A stretch of 64,000 nucleotides of DNA from Octopus vulgaris (taxonomy: Eukaryota), in contig OX597820.1 of the NCBI GenBank assembly GCA_951406725.2, positions 69,378,001-69,442,000 on the forward strand. Direction: 5' to 3'. Under the pieces are notes generated by a model. It searched no databases. It was not told the DNA's origin and saw nothing but the letters and a program-made list of their open reading frames with translations. Each line of letters begins with the position of its first letter. The first letter of the stretch is position 1. Below, piece after piece: positions 31,047 through 42,990 of the stretch. The position numbers and the translations under genes were made by a program.

Positions 31047-31726
31047 GTCTATATGTCTGTCTATCTCTCTATCTGTTTCCAAATAAACCTGTAGCTATTC
31101 CTATCTATCTGGATAAATTTATGGTACAATCAATTGCAAATATGGCCGACACAATAGCTCGCGGTATTACATTGTCAGTTTAGATCCAGTCCATGTCGAT
31201 TTTGTCTCCCATCATCCTTCCCAAACAGACAAAATAGGTATGTAGGTCGATAATATAGACATAAACCTTTGCTGGCGGTGTCCCAATATGGCTGCAATCC
31301 AGTAATTGAAACTAATCAATGAACAGAAATAAGCAAGTCTTATTTTGCCTTGTTGCAAATATTTATTTTGTTTGCCTTAATTTAATGTATAAGTTGAACA
31401 TCTTAATATTATAACTTCAGCCAAAACAATCTTCAGCTCTGTGTGTGTGTATGTATGTGTGTTTGTGTCGAAATACTTGGAAATTTAGGGTAAAAACGGT
31501 ATCATGGTAACTAAAGATTGTGAGTAAAATCTGCATTTGCTGCCTCTATCCAATCCTAGTAGAACGTGGCTTTCTTTCGCAACTTCTGAAATCAATTGAA
31601 TGAGTACATGAAATGCTAGAGTGGTGTCGATATAAAACAAACGTGAAAGAGTTGCCCACAATCACTAATTATGGTCGCAGTGCAAAAATACCCCCACCAT
31701 AGTGACCTATGTAGACATACATACAT

Positions 31727-31775
<49 letters not shown>

Positions 31776-31941
31776 TTATATATTATATATATTATATATA
31801 TAATCATGTATATATATGTATATGCTTATATGAGCATATGTCTACAGAGAGAGAGAGAGAGAGAAAGAAAGAAAGAGATAGGAGAGAAAGAGAGACCCAC
31901 ATCTATGTATACATACACCGAACACAACCAACTCACACACA

Positions 31942-32080
31942 TGCCGAAGTCGACTTTGCCTTTCATCCTTTCGCGGTCGATAAATTAAGTACCAGTTGCG
32001 TACTGGGGTCGATCTAATTGACTGGCCCCTTTCCCGCCACCAAAATTTCAGGCATTGTACCTAGAGTAGAAAAGATTATT
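31942..32080 (+). mobile_element. SINE family C (Deu/Nin-like central domain), 3' half
   Basis: gccgaagtcgactttgcctttcatcctttcgcggtcgataaattaagtaccagttgcgtactggggtcgatctaattgactgg...ctagagtagaaaagattatt. The gcctttcatcct..ggtcgataaa..agtaccag core resembles a widely conserved SINE domain; superfamily name is from memory. Confidence 0.75.
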
Positions 32081-32972
32081 TACATAATATATTACACTTT
32101 GTGGAATAGAAGAAGAGTGATTAAGATACTTCTAGATTAATCAAACATTTATCTTACATTCTCTTCCTCTTCCCCTCCCTCTGTCTCTTTCTCTGACATA
32201 CATATTCACGCACGCACACACACACACATATTCTTAGAAGGAGTGTTGATTTTTATGGATAGCACAGTCTGGTCCCCAAAGAGCACTTATATATTAGACG
32301 AAGCAAGCAAACAAGCCTTTTAGAATCGCGTGACAAACACGATCTGCTGGGATCAATAATATCAGTTAATATCTCAGCAAGTAATTCACCCTATATTAGC
32401 AGCAAGGACCAGTATTGTAACTGACGAAGGAACTTGACATTTTCAATTCTCTCTCGTTCTTTGATAACTACAAAAGGAACTGATTGCAATTCGTATCTCC
32501 CTGGTAATGTATAAGGCTATGATTTAGTCCAACCATGTTCTGAATCAAACCTCCAATTTATGTTTGAAGAATCCAATTTAAGAAGTGCTCGCTTGAGATA
32601 ATAACCTTACTTTAGCCTACAATAATCAAATTAGAAGTGGTCAGTGTATTTTACGCTTCTAACTTGACCACTTTTAGTCAACAATGCGATTGATAAAATA
32701 ATTTCCATTTCAGATAATATTCGATTAACTTTAAAGACATAATGCTAAACCATGTTTTGGCTTTCATCAAAAAATATAATGGATCATTTTTCTGTTTTAT
32801 TTTATTTTATTATATTTTACATTTTGTTTCCACGGCTTTGTTTTAAGATTCTAAATCGCAAACATCAAGCAATATTTTTATTCTATTTGCATGTATCACA
32901 GTGATCGGAATATGTCTATAATTGACTATTTCATCACAAATAAGCACGTAGATGCAGAAATATTTATGTGAA

Positions 32973-33076
32973 GTGGCTGTGAGGCGCAGGCATGGCTGTG
33001 AGGCGCAGGCCTGGCTGTGAGGCGCAGGCATAGCTGTGAGGTGCAGGCATGGCTGTGAGGCGTAGGCATGGCTGTG
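32973..33076 (+). repeat. 19-bp minisatellite made from the SINE family A 5' end, five full units plus a partial
   Basis: Unit AGGCGCAGGCATGGCTGTG starts at 32982, 33001, 33020, 33039 and 33058, each with at most one substitution; the last unit runs into the SINE body. Confidence 0.9.
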
Positions 33077-33211
33077 TGGTAAGAAATTTGCTTCTGAAAC
33101 ACATGGTCCCAGTTTCATTCCCACTGTGTGCTACGTTGAGCAATTATATTCTACTACAGCCACGGACCGTCCAAAGTATTGTGAATGGATTTGGGATACA
33201 GAAAGTAAAAA

Positions 33212-33250
<39 letters not shown>

Positions 33251-33350
33251 TCAAAAAACATAAATACTGTGGTTGATTTGTTCAACTAATATTCTTCAAG
33301 GCGGTGCCCCAGCATGGCCGCAGGCAAATGATCGGAACAAGTAAAGGATA
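33058..33350 (+). mobile_element. SINE family A, diverged copy
   Basis: Head ggcgtaggcatggctgtgtggtaagaa, body gtgaatggatttgg, (TA)n, tail aaggcggtgccccagcatggccgcagg; aligns by eye to 33766-34190. Confidence 0.75.
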
Positions 33351-33381
33351 CAAGCTCAGCTTAGTTGTATAATACACACAT

Positions 33382-33436
<55 letters not shown>

Positions 33437-33472
33437 CGCACACACACATGCATGTATGCACAAATACAAATA

Positions 33473-33507
<35 letters not shown>

Positions 33508-33513
33508 GTGTGT

Positions 33514-33625
33514 GTGGAGGTGAAATGGCCCAGTGGTTAGGGCAGTAGACTTGCGGTCGTAGGTACGTGCTTTCGATTCCCAGACCGGGCGTTGTGAGAG
33601 TTTATTGAGCAAACACGCGTAAAAT
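33514..33625 (+). mobile_element. tRNA-derived SINE (family B) head
   Basis: gtggaggtgaaatggcccagtggttagggcagtagacttgcggtcgtagg...tttcgattcccagaccgggcgttgt, highly similar to 2035-2115. Confidence 0.8.
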
Positions 33626-33765
33626 TCCCTATATATATGTATTATTAAATATGACACCATTCAACTACGCTTCGGAATTAAGTCCTTCTTCGGAAAATGA
33701 AAAATAAAAGGCTAGGAAATAAGAAAAATGGTGAATGAAAAAAAAGATAAATATAAAGATACACA

Positions 33766-34190
33766 GGCGCAGGAGTGGCTGTATGGTAAGCGGCTTTGCT
33801 TACCAACTACATGGTTCCGGGTTCACTCCCCCTGCGTGGAACCTTGGGCAAGTGTTTTCTACTATAGCCTCGGGTCGACTAAAGCCTTGTGAGTGGATTT
33901 GGTAGACGGAAACTGGAAGAAGCCCGTCGCATATATATATGCATGTATATATATATATATACACGCACACATATATGAGTATTTGTGTGTTTGTGTGTCT
34001 GTGTTTGTCCCTCCATCATCGCTTGACAACCGATGTTGGTATGCTTAAGTCACAGTAACTTAGCAGTTTGGTAAAGAGAGCGACAGAATAAGTACTATGC
34101 TTACAAAAAATAAGAATTAGGTTCGATTTGTCCGACTAAAGGTGGTGCTCAAGCGTGGCCGCAGTCAAATGACTGGAGCAAGTAAAATAA
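33766..34190 (+). mobile_element. Near full-length tRNA-derived SINE (family A, octopus-type) with internal microsatellite
   Basis: Head GGCGCAGGAGTGGCTGTATGGTAAG (A box) ...CCGGGTTCACTCCC (B box); body ACTATAGCCTCGGGTCGAC...GGATTTGGTAGACGGAAACTG; internal (TA)/(TG) tract; tail GGTGCTCAAGCGTGGCCGCAGTCAAATGACTG. Several homologous copies occur in this window. Confidence 0.85.
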
Positions 34191-36424
34191 TACGAAAAGA
34201 AAACTCCGTGTGGAAAATGGCATTGCAGTAATTCATCATGGATTTTTCCTCGCGTCTCCTCACATCTTCGTCCCCCTTACCTACATATGCCCATATTTGG
34301 GAATGAGTGTGTCTTGAGACTAGAGGTTTATCATGTGACAGACGGATATAAAGATAAAAGATAGATAAGCATCTATAGCTTCATAAATAGCAAAATAGAT
34401 ATAATTGCGTATATGTGCTTATATCTATGTTTGTATGAGTTTGTGTGCATATAAACTAAAAGATAAATATATCGATATGTAGATATTAACTAGATAGATA
34501 TCTTTGTCTGTGAGCTAGATAGGTATCTTTGTCTGGGCGCTCACGAAAGCCACAAAGCTTGAATACTACAGAAGTCAAATAAGTAGTTAATTTAATACAT
34601 CAAATACGATTCGATATATTACTTACACGTTGCATCTATAATTTACACACATATTTTAACCATATGATATATAAGCTACGTTATCAAAATAGTTGCCGTT
34701 GAATTGAGAGTCTTAGATGACTGTTGCTAATATGATGTGCGCAGGTAAGAAAGGTTTGTAATTAATTTGAAGGAAAATAAAATCGATTTCCAAAGTAATT
34801 AATTGGTTCCCTTTGATTAAGTATAGGTCTGTATGGTTTTAGCCGGTGGGAATCGTAACGTAACTTAACGACCAAAAGCACATTAGCGGTAAAAGTGAAA
34901 TGGAAAGGCTTCGCAAGAGAATTGAAACCAAGTTTAATTTTAAGTTTTCTGGAAGTTTACCTCGAAACGAGAGACAATCTCTTAGTTTATGAGGAGAAAA
35001 TTTCGTGGCTTTCAAACAAAATGTGTTACGCCTACTCATTTTTATCACGAAGTTAGCGACTTATAATCAAATGAAGTGATGGTCACCCCGTTTTATTCTC
35101 TCATAAATGATATTTTGGGATGACAATGCCTAGAATAACCTTTAGTTAAGGGACCACGGCTGACCCCGTGCGAAAGAGCAGCAAAAACACATGAATCTTG
35201 TTTTGACTACAACCGTTTAAAAACCCTACTACAGTAACAATTTATAGCATTAAATGCTCAATGCGCATTTATTAACATTACAGTGCTAATGGGGCTTCTA
35301 TATCTTACAGCGGTCAACGTAACTTTCACATATCAGGTATTCAGTATTAAAAGGGTCACTTATAGTTTTAATTTTGCACCAGGGTAAGACATGGGAATTA
35401 GATCAGATCATATACTTTTTAAAACCAAGAATACTGTATGGCTGATGGAGGGTTTCTTTACTATATGCACTCTCTTTCAGCTGTCTCTCATAAAATGAAA
35501 GATTTATATTAAAATCTCCTATATTATTTACATCCATTCATATAAGTTAGGCACGCATTGTACGCCTTGCATTCAAACAGGAAACGTCACTATTCTGTAT
35601 ATATGTCTCCTTTAAGTATGGCAATTTCGAATAAAATAAAACAAAATAATAGTAAAAAAAAATTTATTCTACATAGTTCGATTTCTGAACCACTTTGTTC
35701 AATGTGTTTTAGTCATATAAGTCTAGCCTGATGCGAATATATATTACTTTTAGAACTCTATGTTCACGGCAGTTTCTTGCACAAAAAAATTAACTTTCTG
35801 TATGAATATATTCCGGAAAACATTTTCAAATATTTTTCTATTTAGCTTTTACACACTGCCTCAGTTACATCTCTCTTTGTACCTCGGTTGTATTAGACCC
35901 ATATTCTTTATTTTGAAACCTTATTCTAAACGTTTCGCTTAGTGCTTTGTGTTATATACCTAGTACAGTTCTACAAAACTATTTAGTCTCAGATGAGGTC
36001 AAACCAATTGCAACATACGGTTTGTAGTTCTCCACAACCAGCTTCCAAGTTACACATAACAAATACAGACATTTTTTATGTCTTTTTTTTTGCTTTCTTT
36101 TTGTAATTTTTTTCTGCTGTTTGCCTACTTAACCAACCAAAGACTGTAAACCATTATTTCCATTCCCATCTCCTATACTTCTTCGAAAAGGTTACAACTT
36201 TTTTTAGAACATACTGTCTGCACACACACACACATACACCCCCCACACACACATACACACACGCGCGTACACAAACACACACACATATACATACATATAC
36301 ACGCATATATATATATATATATATACGAACATATATATATATATATACTGAGTAAAAATGGTTATGCTCTTTTCCTTGCCTTACCCCCTGTCCTGCCCCC
36401 TCTTTCAATGTGTGTGTGCGTGTG

Positions 36425-36478
<54 letters not shown>

Positions 36479-36949
36479 CGTGTGTGTGTGTGTGTGTGTG
36501 CGTGTGTGTGTGTTATTGTGACATTTTTTCAGTTATTCTTCGCCTTCTCGATTCAATGTATCGAGAATGTTACAAATAGTATCTCTGGTGGAGAGAGAGA
36601 GAGAGAGAGAGAGCAGTCGGTTTGCAAATGTCACCGAATGTCTCCTACCGTTGTTACATTTTTACCGAGTTTGAAGGAAGAAAATAACAAAAATACAAAA
36701 CAGCAAAGAAATCATACAAAAAAATGATATACACACAATAAATAAATAAATAGATAGCTAAATAAATAAGAAAGCTGCCAGTCTTCCGAGAAGACACTAA
36801 CATCTGACAATGTTGTATAACCAGTAGCCAATCAATCGAAGTTCAACTCGGTGAAAAAACATTAACGAATCAAATTCAGACTGAGTTTCCGAAACTATTC
36901 ATCGGACCTTTTTTAACTAACCCAAACTCCAACAATATCCAAAGAACGT

Positions 36950-36999
<50 letters not shown>

Positions 37000-37081
37000 G
37001 CTACTGCTGCTGCTGCTATTACTGCTACTGCTGCTGCTGCTGGTAATACTACTACTACTACTACTACTACTTCTTCTTCTT

Positions 37082-37133
<52 letters not shown>

Positions 37134-37334
37134 AACTACTACTACTGCTACAACTACTACTTTATTTGTCTCCAAGGACGCGCATACTTTAGAAAACTTG
37201 TCAAAAAAGGGCTACAACTCGGGAGGTTATGCATAAATATGTGTGTGGTGAGGTATACTGTTGTGTATGTGTGTGTGGTCGCGTGGTTCATAAAAATTAA
37301 ATTATTTTATGATTTATCATTGTTTATATTTAGA

Positions 37335-37402
37335 GATTACAAATATGTCGGACACCAACATCTTTTAAGTGCTTAGGGCCTCTGTGGGTTTAATCCGGCC
37401 CT
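37335..37402. mobile_element. Possible hAT-type MITE end
   Basis: Ends in ttaatccggccctg (reverse complement CAGGGCCGGATTAA), a common hAT-like terminus; partner end not found. Confidence 0.3.
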
Positions 37403-37489
37403 GCTTAGAATCATAGGTTGTTGGTATTGCCAACAATGATCAAATGTGAGGAGAGACTCCATGTCTTCCACATCATTGCTTTCCTTAAT

Positions 37490-37571
37490 TTCTTTTATTC
37501 TCTTTTATTCTTTTTTATTCTTATATGTGTTTCAGTCATTTGACTGCGGCCATGCTGGAGCACCGCCTTTA
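37490..37571 (-). mobile_element. SINE family A 3' tail fragment
   Basis: Plus-strand tgtttcagtcatttgactgcggccatgctggagcaccgccttta is the reverse complement of the family tail; preceded by tcttttattc units. Confidence 0.7.
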
Positions 37572-38126
37572 TTTTTCCTCCCCTTTCAAGTAAATATATC
37601 CATCAGGTCATATATTAGTAATGATTGTCTCAAACTTTTGGTTTCTGACAAATGCATATACTTCAGGGTAGTAGGTGTTTTGAGTCTGAGCTCGTTTTCT
37701 TTGATTTTCTCTCTATTTCTCTCTTTTAACTTCCCTGCATTTGTCCAGTTTCCTTCTTATTCTCACCGAGAATGTTGGGAAGTATAGTGGTGGGGTAACT
37801 TTGGCCGGTCGTGTGATTGAAGTGGAGATTCCTTGGTGTTTAGCGGCCTATGGCTCGTCGGTCTCTATGACTGACGACACCGAAAATAAAGCGACAATTT
37901 TTACCTCTGCTCTGGTTATCCTTGTTTTCAGGAAATTATGGCAGCAAGAGCCACATCCATGGTTTTCGTCTGAGACACTGCTGTTATTGATGCCGTTGCT
38001 CTTCTCTGCTACAATAGAGATTTTTCATCTTTTTTCCAATTCTGAATAAAAGGCCCTGAAGTGATTCTGTCTGACTGCATGTCTCGATCTCACTCTCTCT
38101 CTCTCTCTCTCGCACACACACACGCA

Positions 38127-38159
<33 letters not shown>

Positions 38160-38187
38160 TCCTGCATGTATGTGAGTGTCCCTGTGC

Positions 38188-38221
<34 letters not shown>

Positions 38222-38316
38222 CTATAGAAATTTGAAAAACCTAGCTGAATGATTGATTGACCGAATGATCGGTTAAGCAGCCGATTAGTTAATTGGCTAA
38301 ACGGTTAAGCAGCTTG

Positions 38317-38361
<45 letters not shown>

Positions 38362-39098
38362 TGACATGAGATAGAACTGGTCGTTTATTATTTGGTGTAA
38401 TGACCCTCTCGATATAGAACAAAATTTTATGGATTTTTCCTTTAATACTCTACGTTTCTAGAAATAATTTTATTGGCATCAGCTTGAGTCACCAAATATA
38501 TTTGACGTTTAATTAATGTATTAGTTTTGTGATAGTTTCCTTCTCTGCCGTTTCTCATTTCCGAATTTCATGAAAAGCGTTCAATAAACAATGAATTCTT
38601 TCTTTGTTATAAGGCCAGATATTTTACTTATTTTATTTTATCGAAACGTCTACCATTTTATTTCAACGAAACACGAAATAAGCTCCTTGTCTTTTATTTA
38701 TTTATTTGATAGGCTAAATTTTAGTAAACTGATACCATACAAGTTTCTGTTATTGGTATTATTAGTAATTATTTCACTTCATTTACGGCATTAAAGTTCA
38801 TAGAAAAACTATACGTCTTTGTATCTTCAATTCAGAAATCTTATCTCACTTAAATCAATTGAAAATATTACCCGTAAATGGTTGGTATTTTTTTAATGCA
38901 AGACAAAGAAATTTACTCTGATATGATGTCTGGTTTCTTGGACTGAATAGATAATCTATTTTTATAGTTAGGATTATAAAACAACCGTTATCTTGCACTA
39001 GTACACTGCAGGAAGGCATTTTACCAGCCTCACCAAAACCATTTTTTACACACTAATTCACTCTTCTAATTCTAAGCTGTTCAGTTCTTCATCCTAAT

Positions 39099-39187
<89 letters not shown>

Positions 39188-39758
39188 CATGTGTGTATAC
39201 ACACGCATACACACACACATATACATAATGTCTGTGTATAGATATGTGTTTATATATGTATAAAACATCCGATTCTTAAATATTGCAGTTGTTAGAAAGT
39301 CTCCCACTAAGAGTTTGTATCTTGAGCATTATGTTTGAGGGAAAAAGTACCTCTTAGAAGTGTTCTGTATCCTAAATAGAAATACGGTGCCATGCAGCTA
39401 AAATACTGAGCTGAAAAAATTCATCTATTATGTGAGATTTTATATATAATTAATACAGAAATTTATCCTGTATTTTGTAACATGTATCTAAAACCTACTA
39501 GCAAGGGAGATAATTGTAATTAGACCATTGTAACGAATTAACATAATGATGGTGGTACAGCTGGTGTTTAAATCAATGATTGTAATGAAAGTAATGATAA
39601 GATAATGTGGTTGATATTAAAGAAGGTCTAAAGCATTTTTTCTTTCACATTGGTCTGCATTTCACCGAAACTTCAGTAGGATTCTTAACAACAGTCTTTA
39701 TATATACTTATATACACTCAAGCGTACATACACGTGCATATGTATATATGTGTATATA

Positions 39759-39803
<45 letters not shown>

Positions 39804-39852
39804 TGTGTGTGCGTGTAAACGTATGCATATATATATATATATATATATATAT

Positions 39853-40150
39853 AACGGGAAGCTTTATGAAAATAAACAAAAGACGAAGGCAGGTGGAAAA
39901 CAAACGAACAATTGTATTAGTATGGCGCTCAGGAAATATAAATAAAACAAGTCTTTAACGTTTCGAGCCTACGCTCTTCAACAGAAAGATACACAGAGAG
40001 AGAAAAACACAGAAAGAAGGAGAGAAAAAAATGCGTGCAGTAGCTAACGAATCAACATGGCGATCTGATTTCGGCCAGAGGTCAAAGATCAAACATGAGA
40101 CGCGAGAGCGAAATAAGGGAGATAATAGGGTTGATAGGGGTTGAGGGACC
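39853..40150 (-). mobile_element. Penelope-like repeat, copy 2 (longest)
   Basis: Plus-strand aaaataaacaaaagacgaaggcaggtgg...tattagtatggcgctcagg...gtctttaacgtttcgagcctacgctcttcaacagaaaga...gtagctaacga is the reverse complement of 3972-4170. Confidence 0.65.
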
Positions 40151-40504
40151 ATAAAAGTGCGTGGGAGGGGTCTGGATGTATGTATGTATAGGGTTGGTGT
40201 ATGTATTAGTATGTATAAGGGTGTGTGTGTGTATGAGAGAGTATTAGTGCGTAAGATTGGTCTGGACGTGCGTATGTATGGGGTTGGTGTATGTATTAGT
40301 ATGTATTAGTATGTATTAGTACGTATTGGTATAGGAATCATCTCAACGATTATTTCAAGTTGAATATTGTTACTGTTTTACAATTTTGTTAATTATTACC
40401 AACATAACCGCCCCCACAACGCCCTTTTTATTAAACCTCCCACCATTAATTCCTTCAGATTAATCATACCATTCTTTTCTATATTTTTGGTCGCTCACTG
40501 GCAA

Positions 40505-40565
40505 AATCCAGTGGAAGATTCCGGAAACTACATTACTGGGGAACACAACACAGTAATACGTAAAG
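40505..40565 (+). CDS. TFAP2: AP-2 short linker exon (equivalent to vertebrate exon 3); 5' boundary uncertain
   Basis: Reads NPVEDSGNYITGEHNTVIRK+G followed by a consensus donor AAAG|GTGAGT (40566-40571), phase 1. Resembles vertebrate HVEDPGINIPDQTVIKK|G and [20 protein letters not shown]|G (recalled). Pyrimidine tract at 40471-40488. The phase-0 boundary is preceded by CAA, not CAG; the nearest AG (40510-40511) is out of phase. Confidence 0.8.
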
Positions 40566-40762
40566 GTGAGTTTACTATAATATCTATCATAATCTTCATG
40601 AATCTACCTTTTACTTACCTTCTCCATCTCTCTTAAGCCTCCTCCTCCCCTCCTCTCCTTCTTGACCTCTTCCTCCTTCTTTACCTGCTCCCCTCCTCCT
40701 CCTTCGCATTCTTTTTCTTCTTCTTCTTCTTCTTCTTTCTATTCTATGTTTTCATCATGCTA

Positions 40763-40855
<93 letters not shown>

Positions 40856-41403
40856 CAACAACAACAACAACAATATGTTTTCTGAGTTAATAAGAAATAG
40901 TTAAGTATTCATACGCATGTACATGAAGATGCATGCACATATACTCACAGACAAACAAATACATGCACAAGCGCAGACAGAGACACACACTCAACTGCAT
41001 CGAGATCTCAGTTAAAATCTGATGACGGGCTCTATGGGATAAACTACTCGATTCAAATTACAAAGATGAATTTATTTTTACTTTAAAAATATCCCTAATA
41101 TGAGTGTGTGTGTGTAGACATATGCTTACGTAAGTGCGCATGCAAATGTGCATAATTATACAGACACATGTATATAAGTATACATCTATGTATGTATACA
41201 AATAATTGCTACCACGAGGAAAAGAATGAGCTTATACAGTGCTAAGAATGGATTTACATTAAATTTTATTGGAAGTTCTGAAATCTTCACAAACTGTTAA
41301 TCCCGATTTCATGTTTCCAGGTTTTAGAACATTATGAAAAAATAGATTTAGAAGATATTTAAATACCATGTACGTATTCAGGAGTGTATATACATATATA
41401 ACA

Positions 41404-41432
41404 TTGTTCTACAGACATTTGAAGAGTTATAA

Positions 41433-41488
<56 letters not shown>

Positions 41489-41517
41489 ATATAACTCTTA
41501 AAATGACTGTAGAACAA
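41404..41517. repeat. 28-bp inverted repeat enclosing a (TA)n tract
   Basis: ttgttctacagacatttgaagagttata (41404-41431) versus tataactcttaaaatgactgtagaacaa (41490-41517); 26 of 28 positions complementary. Confidence 0.85.
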
Positions 41518-41804
41518 GATTCAATAGATATTTTTTTATAATATACAATTAATAAATACATATATCTGTGTTTTTTCAAAGGATTATTGTTTTTAGAAAT
41601 CTAAAATCAATTATGTTTTTGTTAATAATTACTCCACTGAAATTAATCAATATCTTATGTCCAGATTGATAAATAATATTTAGATTTACTTGAATTTTCT
41701 AAATATCTTATTTCAATTCACTTCCTTTATCTCTCCCCTAAGCCTACCTACACTTTTTTCTCTTCTCCGACTTCACTCTGATTCCTCTTCCTTCATTTTC
41801 TTAC

Positions 41805-41888
<84 letters not shown>

Positions 41889-41939
41889 CATTGTCGTTAT
41901 CATTATTACTACTACTTATTTGTATGGTTGTGGTGTAAA

Positions 41940-42990
41940 CATATTCAGTTGAGGTATGGTTATATATAATTTAGCATTTAGTAAATTTCCTTCATTTTGT
42001 GAGTTTAAATTTCACTGATGTGTACATGCAGTTCATCCGTCTATGAATGATGAACGTTACTCAGTTTATTTGACTGTCCTCTAACCTACATCATCACAGA
42101 TATGTGGACAAGTACCATTGTCAGTAACTATCAGTGGATGTGCAGAGTCATTAGATCGTAGGCTTTGGTGTGTTTATTTACGGCTTTTTACGTACTGAGT
42201 TCAAAATCTGCTCAGGTCAACTCTAACTGTTGTCCTTCCTATGTTCGAGAAATAATATTCCTGTGAAGTCCTAGACTTAGTTTAATCAATTAACTTCTAC
42301 AAAATGTGTGGCATTCAGCTTAATAATAGAATTTACTATTGCTTTCAAAGCTTGACACAAGGCTAGCAATTTTGGGAGATTGTAAGTCGATTATGTCGAC
42401 CCTAGGGTTCAACTCCTACGTGTTTTATCGACCCCGAAAGGATGAAAGGCAAAGTCGACCCCGACAGCATTTGAGCTCAGAACGCAAAACTGGAAGAAAA
42501 TTCGCTAGGCATTTTCTGCCGCCTAAATGGAAGACAATATTCTGAATAGTAGTAAGGAGGTAAGCTAGCACATTCATTAGCACATCGGGCAAAATGCGTA
42601 GAGGCATTTGGTCCTTCACATTGTGAGTTCAATTTCTGTTGTTGTCCATTTTGCCCTTCATCCCTTCGCGGTCGAAGAAATAAGTACCAGTTGTACACTA
42701 GGGTCAATGTAATCGACTAGTCCCTCCCCTAAAGATTGCTGGCGTTATGTTGAAATTTGAAACCAATATTCTACGTAAAAGTAAAGTGGCTGTCAGATTC
42801 GTTAGAGTGTCGGACAAAAAGTCTTACTGCAGTTATATACGGCATCTTGAATTTAGGGTTGAATTTCTATCTGCTCACAGTTTTTCACTGGGGTCAATAT
42901 GATAAATTTTCTCCCCAATTTTTGGGTGATGTTTTATTCGACTTTATCCTGCTCATCAAATTCATGACTTTGTCTAATAGCTACTCATAA
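41940..42990. mobile_element. Cluster of about five SINE family C copies in mixed orientation
   Basis: Degenerate + copies at about 41940-42125 and 42130-42335; a - copy at about 42340-42535 (ttttatcgaccccgaaaggatgaaaggcaaagtcgacc); a + copy at about 42556-42770 (gcccttcatcccttcgcggtcgaagaaataagtaccag); a degenerate + copy at about 42780-42990. Confidence 0.7.

Noticed and set aside
32973-33076. CRISPR-like array
   Set aside because: Contiguous 19-bp units with no spacers, derived from a SINE head, in animal DNA with no cas genes.
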